A stretch of 64,000 nucleotides of DNA, taken from contig RHPI01002910.1 in NCBI GenBank assembly GCA_009103225.1, forward strand, positions 124,001 through 188,000. The letters are read 5' to 3'. The notes under the pieces were generated by a model. That model was not told the origin of the DNA and searched no databases. It was given only the letters and a program-made list of their open reading frames with translations. Position numbers and translations under genes: made by a program. This document shows positions 13,791 through 28,299 of this stretch, in pieces. The DNA comes from Chlorokybus atmophyticus (Eukaryota; Plantae; Mesostigma and Chlorokybus algae). The first letter of the stretch is position 1. Every line of letters begins with the position of its first letter.

Positions 13791-14690
13791 CAGCGGATTG
13801 CATACAACCCAATAAATGCAAGTTTTTCGAGGAGGTCAAGCTGTGCACATTTACCTACCCGGTAAGCTAAGGCCCAAGAGCCATATTGGCTTCTTGCTTC
13901 TGAAGGTGACAAGCTCCTTCTTGGTGCCATCAATAAATAAATAGGTGCGTTCCTTGGTGGTGTGACATGCATCGTGACTGTCATGAATTGCGACATGCCC
14001 CGCTTGGTGGTGACACAACGTGAGGCCTATGCCTTTGGCGCAGAAGGCAACGTTTTAACCACGCAACGCAATTTGTCCGCTAGCGCCGGTCCATAACTTT
14101 TCCGCCGAATTGCAAACCGGAGGTTACAGCCCTTACGCGCACCGCTGTCCGGCCGGAACGCAGGCTGAAAAGCCGTCACACCAGTCGGCGTATGCACGAG
14201 GCGGCGGCCGCTCGCCAGTCTGTGCGCACACTCCAGACCGAAGCCACTCACTGGAACGCAATCGGGACTTCATTTGCAATCCAGTTTACAAGTCAATGGC
14301 GCTGCTTGAGGCAAACCACTGTCATGGCAAAGCAAGTCCCGAACGCGCAAGGACATGATTACTCAATCGATCCCAGCCGTTGGCTGAGGTTGTACTAGAT
14401 GGTCTGGCAACGAGGGTCCTGACACAAGAAGGTATGTCCTCGGTTCTGTGACTTGACAAAGGACTTTCTCTGCTTTTGGGACCGGCCCACGCGCACACAC
14501 GTACATCTTAAATGCCGCATGCAGTGACAGAGTCTGGCGGCAAGGACAGGAGGAGACGGGGGTGGCGGCAGGGGCGGCGGCAGGAGCAGGAGGAGGCAGC
14601 AGGCGGGCGTCCTTCTTGAGTTGCTGGAGAAGAACTGCGTGGCGTGCCAGCTGGTGGCGTGCTCGGGCGCTGCTGTCGAGCGGGTTTGTG

Positions 14691-16478
14691 ATGGCGCTGG
14701 GGTTGGCCACGGCAGGGGGCCAGGGTTTCATTGCCGTCCAGCGTAAGCACCAGCAGCAGCAGCAGCATGGCGGCGGCGGGGTGTCCATGTGGGCGGAGCT
14801 TCCTCCTGAAATCTTGCGAGACATCCTCAATCGCGTTGAGGACGACTGTTCCGACTGGCCCGCGCGCACCAGCTTCGTCGCCTGCGCCGGCGTCTGCCGC
14901 AGCTGGCGTGCAGCCGCTCTTGAAGTCGCCAAAGCTGCTCCAATTGGCACCACCCGCCTCACCTTTCCTGAAGGCCTCCGCCAGGTACTTACTAGGGGAC
15001 GTCATTTGCCGCCTTTTCAGTATGCCGTAACCGTGGCCTGCTGCATTGTGCGCCGCGTACTTGGAAGGCGTAGGGTGCATGTGACCAGATTAGGGAGTTG
15101 CACGTCGCGCGTATTTGAACAGTATGCATAGCAGGTCTATTCGCACACAGTCCCAACTTTCTTTTGCGGCCGTTGTGCATGTCTTTTCACTGCTTAATTG
15201 CAACAGTGCAAATCTCCAAGTGACCATGCACTGCGTGTCATGTTTGCATTCTCACTGTGCATTTTAATTCAGTGCTTCCTCTCCAGTAGATTACATTACG
15301 GCAGGATCTTCAATGTGCATTGCAGTCACAGTTGTCTACCTAACTTGCCGTATGTGTGTGATTGCCTCCGTTTCTGACCTTTGCATTGACATTGTGTTTG
15401 TGCAGCCTGGCCCTGTGCATAGCCTGATGAGATGCTACATATTGCGAGATCGACACAATGGACGCAAGTATCCTACCTACGCACTTTATCTTGATCAGTC
15501 CCTTCTGCCAATGAGCCGAGATGAGGTGTTGGCGGTTGGCGGAACATCCTCCATGCGTGAGCCTACTGGTCGCGGCAAATTTCTTCTGTCTGCTAGGAGA
15601 AGGTGGAGGAGCGCAGGCATTGATTATGTGGTAACACTGGACCGCACATTCAGCGATGACGGCTGCATCATTGGCGAAGTTCGCTCCAATGTGTTTGGAA
15701 CGCGCTTCACTGCATACGAGTACCTGTCCTCAACTTCATCCAACTGCTGGTACATGCCTTGGAAGAACAGCGGTTCGCAGCAGCGCGCGTGTGCAACCAT
15801 CTCGTATGACCTCAACTGGATCGGCACGCGTCGACCTCGGCAGCTAAGCGCTGTACTCACAGCGGCTTCTCCCGTTGTGATGACCAGCAATGGCAGCGGC
15901 AGTGGCAGTGGCGCATTAGCATCAATTTTCTCACCAACCTCACCTTCCCAGCCTAGCGATATTGTGGGCGTTGTGTCCAGCTCGCGCCCTTGCACAGAAG
16001 TTCCGCTTCCTGATGCCGGCAGTGCTTACAGCCGCCAGGTTGTGCCTTTGGACGAGTCTGGTCTCGGCACTGATTCCAGCACAACTCTCCATCTCAAGAA
16101 CAAGCTTCCGCGCTGGCATGAGCAGTCGCACTGCTGGTGCCTTGACTTCAGGTGACGGCTCTTGATGGTTGTGCATGCACAGGATAGTTGTTTGCACATC
16201 TTGCAGTTTCAGCCTTCGATTGGCCACTACAAGATTTGCTATACTGACTCAAGTTTACTTGCAGAGGGCGAGTCACAATGGCCTCAGTCAAAAACTTTCA
16301 GCTTGTGGCTGCCCATCCTGGAGAAGATAAGCCGCTTTCTGGAGACGATGGGCCAGTGCTGTTGCAGTTTGGGAAAGTGGGGAAGGACGTTTTCACAATG
16401 GACTACCGTCAGCCGCTGTCTGCATTTGAGGCGTTTGCGCTGTGCCTCTCCAGTTTCGATACGCGTCTTCTGGCGTAG
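14691..16478 (+). CDS. TLP: Tubby-like F-box protein (plant-type TLP)
   Basis: N-terminal F-box ([17 protein letters not shown]...[18 protein letters not shown]), TFP..LRQ|PGP linker, and Tub domain ([35 protein letters not shown]|[48 protein letters not shown]). Two introns. The first in-frame ATG is at 14691. Confidence 0.95.
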
Positions 16479-18228
16479 TCGCCATGTCATGGTGATCTGT
16501 CCAGAGATCTGTCAAGAATCCAAGTTCCTTACATACATACCGTACATCTGTAAATAACAGACCACTGCGGGCGCCAGACTCTCACTGTCAGAGTAACTTT
16601 CTGTCTTTTTGTCTCTACTGTGCATAAACTACCTAGGTTTAGCGTACTGTTTGCTTGTGTGCAGGCTTTAACATAGGTTATAGTAGCCTGTAGAGTATTG
16701 TGTTGTGTAGCTACGCTGTGATTGGTTACTCTGCTTCGGTGTCCTGGGGTGTGCACTCGCATTGTTGTTGCTGCTGCTGCTGCTTACTGGTAGTTGTTGC
16801 TCACCTGGCTCTCTTATGGTACAAGGGTCAACAGGTTGTATCCCGTGCTGTGCTCAGTGGAGGTGGTGGTGATGCTAATTTCCACAGGCAGTCACAGGGC
16901 GCCAATCAAAGCTATCTTGTTGCCTGTATGCGTAATACCATTCACATTGTGGTATTCTGCAAGCAGGTGTGTGAGTCCTTCTGGCGTAATTGGTAGTGTA
17001 AGGCGCTGGCTCATTTCTCTTTCAGTCTGCATGTACATTTTGCTGCCAGTAGTTGTAAATGTGCATGACATCCTACAGCATGCCAAACATCATCAAAGAC
17101 TAGTGGCATTAACAAATACGCGGGCACAATGTACACCATATTCGTACCTAGCCACAAACTACATGCACAGCAGCAAGCACAACAAACAAGCTACTAACTG
17201 TACGTAGCTTGGTGTGACAATGTTGGATACCAGTGTATCATTATTACTAAAGGGCCACTAATGGGTGCCAGCAGTCGAAATGCATGCCAAACAGTGTGCA
17301 AGCATATTGTAACACAACCACCAGGCTATACAAACTATGTGTTCCAACCTCACTACACTACACTCTCATACACTAACAGCGACATCGTCACACCGAGCTA
17401 CGTACTGTCAACCCTGCCTATCACTGCACAAGCATACTCACACGCATGCCAGCGGCACACTACACTAGTCTAGACCTCCCCATTGGACAAGCATACATGC
17501 GTACCAGTAGTGCATAACCTGCCAACACGGGCTCTGTTAGTTGTGCTATCCAAGTGGTTCTGATGCAAAACGCACTCACACAGTTGGCAACAGCAATCAT
17601 AACAAGCACTCAGGCTAGCAAAGGAATTAAGACAGGGGCAAGGGCAGCACCTAGCTAAGTACCTTGTCTAAGTGCGTGCAAAGGGCAAGGGCGGAGGCGG
17701 CTGTATCTCAATCAAGAAGAGGAATGTTTCTTTAAGGACAACACCAATTGCAGGAAGTGACAGGGATCCAACCAACTTACCTCGCAATCTGATTACATCC
17801 AGCCTGCAATGGTCCGCTTGAGTGCGCGATGTGAGCATGGACATGGTAGTGTTTGAAACATGAGCATACCGATGGCAGTGGACTTGCGAGAGCCGTCACA
17901 TGCAAGTATTCTACTTCCTATATCGCATTTGTACCAAACCGGTCGTAGTCACTTTGATTGTTTGTATTCATCCCTCAACTGGATAGCCTAGCAAGCAGCA
18001 TTCCAACACCATCTCAAACACAAGCAAGCCACCACAGAGAGTACTGGGCACACTTGCGAGTCTGTACACCTGCTATCCCTGCTATTCCAGGGACCAAAAT
18101 GCATCGAGTCAGTCCCGTCCCTGACAAGCTCTTATCTAACTTGTGAGAGCCTGTGGGGCCCCTTGGTTACTACCCGGAGTTCACAGACTCGTTTCCCTGT
18201 GCAGGCTATGGCATCTGGCGCATTGCGG

Positions 18229-21200
18229 TCATGATCCTATAGACAGTACCTTCCGACGCATCTGCTCCACTTTCTGCAGAGCCGCTTGCCGCTCTTGCTC
18301 TGTGCTCCCCAAGCGTTCGAGGTCGGCATTGGCAGCGTTTACTCGTGGTTCCAACAGTTTCGTTACCTGTGACAACAGCTCAATATGGAAAGCCCCACGA
18401 TACGTGTGCATCACAAGCTTTGACTTAGGGTGACTGCTACGCCGCCCAGCAAAAGTATTGGTGCTTGTGATGCACCACAGCCACAAAACCAAGTACTGAC
18501 CTCCTGTATCGTGCTGTCAACGGCAGACGCCAACTCCTTGCTCAGTGTGGCCTCAATCTCGTCTGAGAAATTGTCCGCAGCTCGCCGCAGCTTTTGCTTG
18601 GTTTCGGACCGTCTTAGAGGCAACCTCAGCACGCCAAACCACCTGCCATGCCAAGTTGGTATCATAAAACTACAGCAAGCAAAGCATGTAATGCATTGCT
18701 GTATTAAATTAAGCACTACTGTTTCTCTGGCAAAGCATGGCAGAGTTGTACATCTGGTCATGGAAACACAACTTACATGGCGACACCACCCACTGCAAGT
18801 GCCAGCAAATCTTCTGCTGTACTTTGCAGCACCGTCGTCAGCAGATAGGACACTGCAAGGGCTCCTCCACCCGCTCCAGCAGTACCAACGACCTGAGCAA
18901 AGCGTGTGAATCTGAGATCACTGCACGAGGTTGCAACCGCGAGGGCACACTGCTAGCAACAGAACTAAGCAAGTTGCTGCTTACAGCCTCTCGCATCTCC
19001 TCATCGAGCAGAAGCGATGCAGCGCTGGTGTCCAGCAATGCGAGCTTCATGCTGCTACTGGGCTCAACAGAGCGAATGTCAAGTCGCGGCGGAGAATCTG
19101 GAAACAGCCCATTCTGGTTTTCAGGAGCCTCACTTCCCCAGCGCTGCCGAATGAAGTCCATGTAGTACTGCTTCTGATTTTCAACATTTTGCCTGACCCA
19201 GTCGCCGTGTGTGCTCACAGCTTGCTGCAAACAATCAACTTGCAATAAGTTGAGAATGGTCACAGGTTTTTTTTAGCATTATTCACATTATGCTTTTGTG
19301 CACGCAACCAGTTGCCAACAGCGCATACACAAGCTGTGACCCATACAGATAGGCATGGCACCTCACTCCCTACAGCCATGATTATACCTGGACATCCACA
19401 TCCGCTCCACGAACAACATCTCTGTCAAAATCGTTACGGACAGGCGACGACGCATTCTTGCCCGCAAATACATATCGTGCCAGAGTAGGAATGTTGCCCA
19501 GCTGCAACGTGTCATCCACGAACTGTTCAGCACGCTGTGCTGCACTCTTGATGATCCCTGCTACCCGCTTGCGCTGTTCTGCGGAATCAGAACTCATGGC
19601 TGCCTTGAACTGGTCCAGCTGAGATCGCACGGCCTGCCAATACCACAATGACTCATCCTCTCACCACAGCTTGAAGTGACAAGTGTGTAGACAACGAACT
19701 GACTGTGCAGACTGTGAAGAGCAAAACTCAACGACTCCCGTAACCAGAGGTGACATAGACACACCCGCAAGGTACGCAGCTCCTGACTGGCAGCATCGCT
19801 TTCCATCTGAAGTGTTCGCCCCAAACCTTCAAGCAAAGCAGCTGCAACGGCCAATGGGGTTTCCAACTTCAACCGAATGCGTTCACTGTTCTTGCCAGAC
19901 AGGAAGTCAAAAACAAAATTCTCCAACGCTTCAAATCGACTGGCCTGCAAATTACAGTTGCTAAGAGACAAGCATGCATTGCATTGCATTGCGAGCTGGC
20001 AAGTGCCAAGGCAACCTGCCAGCGGGGATCGTCCTGGCGTGTAGTTTCGTCTGGGGTTGACAACTTCGCATTGAATGCAAGCTTGGCAGAAACAGGGATG
20101 ACCATAGCGTCATTAACTCCGAGTAGCCGTTGTGCATTCGACTTGACAAAGGCTACGACCTCTTGCGCTTGTTCTTGCGTTTCCAGCACGTCGATCTTGT
20201 TCAACACAAAGACAACCTTCTTCCCCCACTGCCTGATGTAGCGCAAGAAGTTCACTTCGCTCTCAGTCATGGCCCGATCTGCACTTAAACAGAACAGCAC
20301 CAGATCTGACTGTGGCACAAACTCCTCCGTTAATCTTTGTTGTCGTTCCAGCACAACATTAGTTCCAGGGGTGTCCACAATGTTGACATCTTTCAAGAAG
20401 TCTGCCTGTTAGGGCACGTTCAAGTCAACAGACATTCATACCACCACGCGACAGACCACAAAACTTTACCTGAACATACTGTATGCAGTTGCCATCGGCT
20501 AGCCGGTCCATGCGTTCCTCCTTGTTCGAGGCGGCATAGCGCACTGTACAAATCTCGTTGGTAGTAGGCAATATGCCCTCCTTCAATGAACGCCGTCCCA
20601 GTAGGGCGTTGATGAATGATGATTTGCCAGAGTTGAACTCTCCCACCACAACAATCAAGAAAAAGTCATCCAACTGCTTTACAGCGCTGCGCATGAGAGA
20701 CAGCTCGGGCAGTTGTGGTGTTGACTGCTCCAAAAACTTGAGAACATCTTGAAGCAAAGCACGTTCTTCTGCAATGGCTGCTTCCGCTTCCTTATTCAAC
20801 AAGTGACGCTCTGCTTTTGAATTCTTCCTTGGGCTGCTTGTTCGCTGTGGCGTTCGATTGACAAACTGCGCCAGTCCGCCCTTTTGCTTCAGAGCCTGCA
20901 CGATACGAAGTTGTTGTGTGCGTGCCAGTTCACCACAACCTCAAACGATGCTTGTTTCTCGACCACATGGATTGCAATGCTGCACATGCATCGTTATCTA
21001 CCACGCCAGCGCTCAACACAGAGTGCAAACCGCAATACCTTGCGCATAACTTCCAGGGTCAGACACAAGCCGTCAGCACCCTGCTGCATTGCAGTAGAAG
21101 CTTGCTGCAGCTCTGCGGTATTGACCACGACGGGTATGCTCACACGTTGCCTCAGCGCTGCGACATGGCTCAGGTCCTAACACACCGTGAGTCAGCGTGA

Positions 21201-22676
21201 TGGATTTGCTCTGAGAATTCACTTGGAAGTTGCTTATACCAGCTCAACATCGGTACAGCAACGCTATGGCCACTCGAGACTTTGCACGAAAGTTGTGGCT
21301 TTTGGAATGTGTGTTCTCAACAACATACCCGACTAAGAATTGATCACATCTATGCTTCCAGGCATCACTAGTGATGTTAGTGATGTATGTGTGACATGTG
21401 TACGCAGAACTATGCATTCTTTGGAACTACGAGCGCAGAAACAAGTGTTGTCCACTGCTGCGCCAACGATGCTAGACATACGTGGCACAGTCAACCTTTG
21501 CTTATACGCAGCACACGCTGGTCAGAGACATCACACTAGTGAACCTCCATACAGCTCACCTTCACGTCAAAAATGATAAAGTCAGCACCTTCCTTGGCAG
21601 CAACAGCTCCTTCCTCAACGCTTGTGACACGTCTTGCTATGAGAGGCAGATCTGATGTATCAGTATTGGACACACCTTGCATCATCCTCCTGGCAACGAT
21701 GGTCGGCAGTCCTGAGTGCCAGTGTGCCATGAGAACACTGTGTAAAGCACAGCGAATCCATCTTGTGGTTGTTTTGTGCATAGCAACCCACCCGTGTTGG
21801 ACAGGACGACTCCATCTGTGCCAGCGGCACCAGCAATGTCTGGTCTGTCACTCACAAGAAGGACAGCACGTCCTCGTAGCAAAGTTTTCAAGCGGCATGC
21901 AGCGTCATACAAGCCACCGCCACTGTCCCCTGCAGAGTCATTCAATGACACCTGCAACACGCAGCCACATGTAAGAATACAGAAACAGCATTACAATAGA
22001 CGCCATGCAGCAACTGCAAGAATGTGTTGAAGCACATAGCACACGACACCTGTCCTGCATAAGCTGAGTGCAAAGCTCACCCAACTACATGATTGAAGTG
22101 CTTGCATGCGCACCACACCATCAGAAGGCGGAAACAGTTGGACGATTTGAGCTGAAGATGTAAACATTGTTGCAACTGATCACTTACAGCACAGTGCAGC
22201 AAGAGTAGTCAGCTGCTAGAGCAATGCAGGAACGAGCGCCTGGCGTGAGATTTTGCAAACACTACTGGTTCAGCCCATGCATGTGCTTGGCTTCACGCTT
22301 GGCTCACCATTGTAACACCGCCGGCAATGGCGCTGCGGATCTCCTCTTCAGTGAGGCCATTTGCACGAGACGTTTTCAGATCAATCAGCAGCGCAGGTAT
22401 GTCGACTTCGGCCCTTCGTTTCCCAGCAGGGAATGCTCCAGTTCCCACGCTGCTATTGCTGCTGCTACTGAGGCCTCCGCTTCCCACAGCCTGCACAGTG
22501 ACGGCGAGCGGTCTCCTCTTTGCACACCAACACCTGCGCCTGGAGCTCGTCCAAGTCTTGCGTGAGTGGGTCACAGCCGACAGTGGCGAGGACCCTGCCG
22601 ACGACGACGCCCTAGCCCTGGCAATGCCAGCCGCCACTGGCGCCCCCAATGCCACCACCAGCATGCCGGCGCTCAT
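18229..22676 (-). CDS. FZL: FZO-like chloroplast dynamin-related GTPase with thiamine-phosphate-synthase-like N-terminal domain
   Basis: Transit-peptide-like N-terminus; TMP-TENI-like segment (GRAVLLVSDRPDIAGAAGTDGVVL); G1 VVVGEFNSGKSSFINALLG; ILPTTNEI; G3 IVDTPGTN; G4 FVLNKID; RIRLKLETP; C-terminal hydrophobic segments and coiled coil. Confidence 0.93.
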
Positions 22677-22966
22677 GGCAAATGGCTGCTGAGATCAGCA
22701 AGCAGGGAGGACTACCCCACCCACCCACCAGTTCTCAAGCAGCAGCAGCCTCACATCAGCTCATCTTCAGCACCACATCCTCTGCATGCAAGGACAGGAA
22801 ACAGCCTCGCGAGCAGGCCGAGCCAGCAGCTGGAGAACGACCTCGCCAGACACACCGCCGCCGCCAACGCCGCCGACGCCAGCGCCAAAGCCGTTCCCGC
22901 CGGCTAGCAAGAATTTCTCCGCCCAGAGCTGAATTTCAAAACATTTGCTTTTTCAAGGGGGAGCCA

Positions 22967-22975
22967 AAACCCTAG
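22967..22975 (+). promoter_or_regulatory. telo-box-like AAACCCTAG in the FZL / At1g64430-like divergent promoter
   Basis: Motif lies in the short region between two divergent start codons (22676 and 23232). Confidence 0.35.
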
Positions 22976-23231
22976 CGCGGATTGGCTGAGCCAATTTGGT
23001 TGAGATCGATATCAATTGGGTCACACTGTGGCAACGCAATATCGTTGCCGATGTGGCTGCTGTCGTGAGAGTTGTTGGGGTAGGCGTCACTGTGGGCACG
23101 CATGGCGGCGATGCTGCCGTGGCGGATCACCTGCCAGTGGACAAGTGGGTTGGTAGGACGCATGTGAGAGCAAAGTGGCAGGAGCAGCAAGCTTACAAGG
23201 AGGAGGAGGAGGAAGGTTGGGTGAAAAAGGC

Positions 23232-26200
23232 ATGGCCGGTTTGCAAGCTTCTGCTCTGTCGGTTGTGGTGGCGCACTCGCCGAGCCTAAAGCTGCTTACA
23301 AGGAGGCTGCTCGAGGCGGAGCAGCAGCATCACCTTCACCGCCGCCGCCGATTTGGCCTGCGTGTGCCAGCTAGCAAGCAGCGCTGCGCTGCAGCCGCGG
23401 CGTTGCGGCACCGGAGAAGGGCTGGTTGTGCTTGCTGTGTCGGAAGCTCAGCAGCCGGTGATGGAGCGGAAAGCAGCAACGACGAACAGGTGCTTGAGCA
23501 TGCATAAGCAGCGTGCGCAGGCGTCGTGTAAACTTGTCTTGAGCACGCGCAGCCACTGCTGGATGATTTGCATGGGCAGCGTGCGTTCTGGCCGTAACCT
23601 TCGTGCTGATCAGAAGTTACAAAATCTTGTAGCGCTCTCTCGTATGGCAAAACAGTGCTATGACTGGCTGGGTTACGTGCAAGCAATTGTGCATTTTGTG
23701 TTACTGGTGTTCGATGCGATTAGCAATCCGGGATTAGGGATTTTATTATTCTTTGTGCAGTAGAACGTCCAGCTTGCCATACGTTCATTTGCATGCAAGT
23801 ACCGCTCTTTCAAACAGGTACACGCACGCAATGTGGTGTGCAGTCCATGCTAACGGTCTTTGCTGTCATTATGTTTTGTAGCAGCACGTCAGCTTGCCAC
23901 ATGTTCAATGCATGCATGCAAGCAGAACCTTTATAATCGAACATCACACATGCACACCTTGATACATGCACTGATTGTGTGCCTATGGTTGTCTGTGCAC
24001 GCAGCCAGATAGCCTACAATCAGCGGCAGCCAACGCTGCAAACGCTGTGCCATCTTCGTCCCCTGCCGACGATGCTGCCGCAGAGGCATTTACGTCAAGT
24101 TTAGATGCAGAACCCAGCCCATCATCAGGGCAATCCACTTCTATACTTGGAGATGCTGCTTTCTTGCGCCGACTAGTCGCTTCAAAGGATGCGGACGCAC
24201 TGATTGCTGCTGTAGATGAGGCTGTACACGTAGAGGGTGCAAGGGTTCTCAGCAGTGAGGACTGTGTCAAGCTGATAACAGCCAGCCTGCGCAGTGGGAA
24301 CGCTGATCTTGCACTGTCTGTTTTCGATGCCATGCGTGCTTCAAGCAGACTTGGCTCACAAAGTACAGAAGGTTTGTTCCTGGCTCCCTCAAAACCCCTG
24401 TCTTGCGCGTGTGCCTGCATTTTTCCCTCACCTGATTGCACCTGCCTACATAATTGCATAGCGCAGTGTTAATGAGTCTGTGTTGCTTGACAGATGTGTG
24501 GGGTTGGCGATGGCCAGCTCCAGATGCTGCAACCCAGGCAGGTGCCTTACAGGAAACTGGGCCTGCTAGCGCTCCACAAGCTCATGTCTGGCAACTGACA
24601 CGTGGTAAGTTGCAGGTTGCTTTGGTACGAGGTCTGGCAGCAGCACTACGAGTTCGGGATGCACTCACTGCTGTGAGCAGTTTGCGTCGCGGCGGAAGAC
24701 TGTCGGAAGAGGTGTTTTCTATAATCCAATTCAGCACGCAGCAGTACAGTGGTAGCGTGATTCAGCAAGAAAACAATTGTGTGTGGCAGGTTGCTTTTGG
24801 CCGAGTAGTTGACTGCCCAAGATGCAAGAAGCCACTGACTGTCGTCCAGCCACAAGAGGGAAGGCAGGTAACATTGCTACAGGAACTGCTTACTGCTGCT
24901 TATGGCAGTTAGGGCTTATCTGCATGACCGACTTCTTACTACTGGTGTTGTTGGACAATGGACCATGCAGGTAGCACCTTGCTGCATATGTTGCTACGAG
25001 TACGAGCTTGTGTCAGGGGACCTTACGAGGATAGAGTCAGAGGCTTTAAGGTAAGTACTGGTCTTCCGACCTATCTGCCTTGCAAGCTCAGTATGCTGCA
25101 TTCTGCATGTCATTACACAGCTCTTAGCGCTCACTGGCTGTTGGGCCCTGGGCGCTGTGTTGTAGCCCTGAAGCAGGTGCTTGGAAGACTGTCGCACGGG
25201 TGTTGAGGTTGAGAAAGCCTGCGCCCGCTGCAGTGCACTCACTCCTGGTGAGAAGTGGTTGAAGCACACGACCGTATGCACTCACTGTTGCTAGAACGGT
25301 CTGTTATGCATCAACAACACGCACATCCAAAGCATGCGGACGTGCATCTGTGCAAGCCGCCAAGATGACCAACTGACTGATATCTTAGCCCCCCCTCCCC
25401 CTTTGCTGCGTGCACGTCCTCCTCCCTTGTAGCCCTCCCATCCCGGGGCTTCATTTGCAGGCAACTTGATGTAGTAACAAGGTTGCTACAGCAGTGGTTG
25501 AGAAGCTTATCGACCTCAACTGCGTCAAAGTTGTTGTTCATGATGCACAGATTGAAACAGTTGTTGCTTGTGGCTGCATTCTAGTCGTGAGCTGTAGCGT
25601 GGGTGAAAGCGGTAAAAAGTTGTGTATGCTGTATATACTCAGGGCTGTTGAACAACACGTTGTTGCTTGCAGCTGTCAGCACCAGACGGTATGGCCAGGA
25701 CTTTCAGGTTTGCGACAGACTCTTCAGAAGTGCCAGCGCAAGAGGGGGAACGGGTCACTGTGGCTGCCGCTGCTCCTCGGGAGGCAACAGGTAGACAATG
25801 CAAATTTGAGTTTGCGCTTGATCATCATGTTGGGCATGAGCCCTGCAACCAGCAGTTTGTCGGATTGAGAGTTGTCGACTGCTGGCCGGTGTAGCTCCGT
25901 GTATAGTAAGCTTTGCCATGCAGGTGCCATGTTGAACAGACCTGCACGAGCTCCTGGTTTGGCCGAGAGTGAGCCCATGTCCATTACGAATCATAACACT
26001 GGCAGAACTTTAGGACTGTCAAGAGCACCGCCACCTTCAGGTTTGTCTGCATGGAGTGCATGCTTGTATTTTTGCTAGGCTTCTGTAGAAATTGGCTGGC
26101 CAATCATGTTATGTATTGCAGGGCAGCAGCAGGGTCCTGGGGCTGCTTGGTTTCCTATCATACTTGCGCTGATTGGAACAGATGCACTCAGCGCATTTGT

Positions 26201-27532
26201 CGACCCAACAATGCCCCGTCTTCTAGCCTCTCTTGTTGTCGGCAGCATAGTTGCAGCTGCTGTGGGCAATACGTTTGTTGTTCCCCGTCTCAACCAGGTA
26301 TCAGCCCCCCCACCCCCCACCCCCCACCCCCCACACATAACTACAACAACATTGCCACCAAAAAAGTAAACAACCAGCTGGTGCGCATGCACAATGACCC
26401 CACCTGCACACACTAGTCTCCTGTCTGCCAGAGGTTGCAGGCATGGTGCAAAACCAGTTCTTCTCCTGATAAGTTATCAGGCGATGCACTGAGTCTTGGA
26501 GTACTAGTTAGCCCCAAGGCAACACGTCATACTCGGATGTCACTGCTGTAGCTTCATTGGGTTTTCTGCTGCAGCTTTCTTCAAGGTCGATTGAGCGCGG
26601 AGCGGTTCGGCAAAAACTGCTTGAACAGCATGATGCGCTGGAAAAGCGGCTTGCAGAACTCACAGAAGCAGCCAGTGCTGAGGTGATACACTTCACATGC
26701 TATGTGTATGGTTGCACGTACATGCCTCTACAATGGGTACGTCTGGGTTTTCAGGTGCGAACAATCGCCAAGCTTTGGCAACTTGAAAATAAAATGGAGG
26801 CTGTTGGGCAGCAGTCCTACAGGTATTGGCCACTTGACACCATTATTGCGCATGTGCAGTAAGGATGCTCAAGGTTGACGCGTGTAAAAACCACACGTCC
26901 ACAGTGGCTGCATCTGGACTGATCTGATGTTTCTTTTTGCTTGTAGTGCGCGCATTGATCGTGTACGTAATGCAAGGCAAGGGCTAGATGAAAGGCTTGC
27001 CAGCAGGCTTGAATTGATTGATTCCTATGCCAAGGTCCAACCTAGCACAACGCACACGCTTTCAGCAGGTTTACAAACAAGGTGTATGCTAACCAACCCC
27101 TGCCCGCAGGTAGCTGCCATGATTGAGATCGAGGTGGAGATGGATGCTGATGTGCCAGCTGCAGAGATGACTGTTGCAGTGGTAAGTCTCCATCAATTCA
27201 TGTAAAGCAGTTGAGCAGCAATTGTTTGATGAGCCAAGCAATGTTGTGGCCATCTTTATTTCTGATGACTGCTTGCACTTCAGGACGGTATTACAGAACA
27301 AATAACTCGGTTGATGGAGGTGGAGAGCTTGCAACAGGTCCACATTGTTGCATCTTGCAATGTGCCTGAGTACTTTGCAGTCTGTCACACTCATGTCAGG
27401 GGCTCTCTGCCCAGTTGTTGATGGTTGTTGGTTGACTGGCAGGAGTGGCAATGGCAAGCTGAAGCCAATGAGGAGGTGGAAAGGCTTCTACGCTCTGAGC
27501 CAGCTCTCAAAGAGTCAATGCGTGCTGCTTGA
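23232..27532 (+). CDS. At1g64430-like plastid protein (PPR-like N-terminal helix, CxxC motifs, transmembrane pair, coiled-coil C-terminus)
   Basis: Transit-peptide-like start, GNADLALSVFDAM, VVDCPRCKK, CCICCYEYELVSG, MARTFRFAT...VPAQEGERVTV, and C-terminus RLELIDSYAK|VAAMIEIEVEMD...EWQWQAEANEEVERLL. Recalled similarity to Arabidopsis At1g64430. About 14 exons. Confidence 0.8.
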
Positions 27533-28299
27533 GCACTTGATGACTGTCTTGTAACATATTGAAACATGTACATCGCAATCCAAGCTGCGCAACACACCTG
27601 TGCTTTGCGAGCAGTTAAGGTTTGGTGCCAAGTTTGCTCCGCATACAAACCAGTCCTCCACGAGTTGTCTTGCAACATGCCCGTTGTTACTTAATCCATA
27701 GACCGCATAGAAATCTAGTGCCATACTATACTAATCTGTTTACAAGCACGCTTTTGCGTCCCATATCTTACACGCTTTGCACAGTGGATGTGCATGTATG
27801 TGCATGCATACAAGCATTGGAATCTTGAACAAGATGACACAAGCCACCTATTACATCGTGACATCATGTGTTTCATGCTGAGTTTCAGCAATAATAAGGA
27901 ATGGTATCGGTACGTTCACCAAACACTACTGAAGTTGAAGCTATTGTAGCACGCTTGGGAACATATTACCAAGTGTATCTCATAATAGAAAAAGTATGTC
28001 TACCTTGAACGGTGGGCGTAAGGCCAGACTAAAGCATCAGTTGCCATTGTTGTTGTCGTCATCGTTGCCTCCTATGAAACTGCTTTTGGGCAGGCATGAA
28101 CCATCTCATGTTGGCCCTGCACTCTGCAAGTTGTTGACACTAGCTTGTCATGCTGCTCTGCCTACTCCCACGTCCTGCTTGAGGATCCGCTTAGTGTACA
28201 GAATATGCACGTGATGTATGTCTAAGTAGTCTACAAAGTCTTGGTTGTTTAGTTGTAAAGCACTGTCTTGGCCCCTGCCTGATCTGACATTGGTTGCCT

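Noticed and set aside
17770-17790. ACTTACCT resembling the U1 snRNA 5' end
   Set aside because: It is the reverse complement of a 5' splice site; no U1 stem-loops or Sm site follow.
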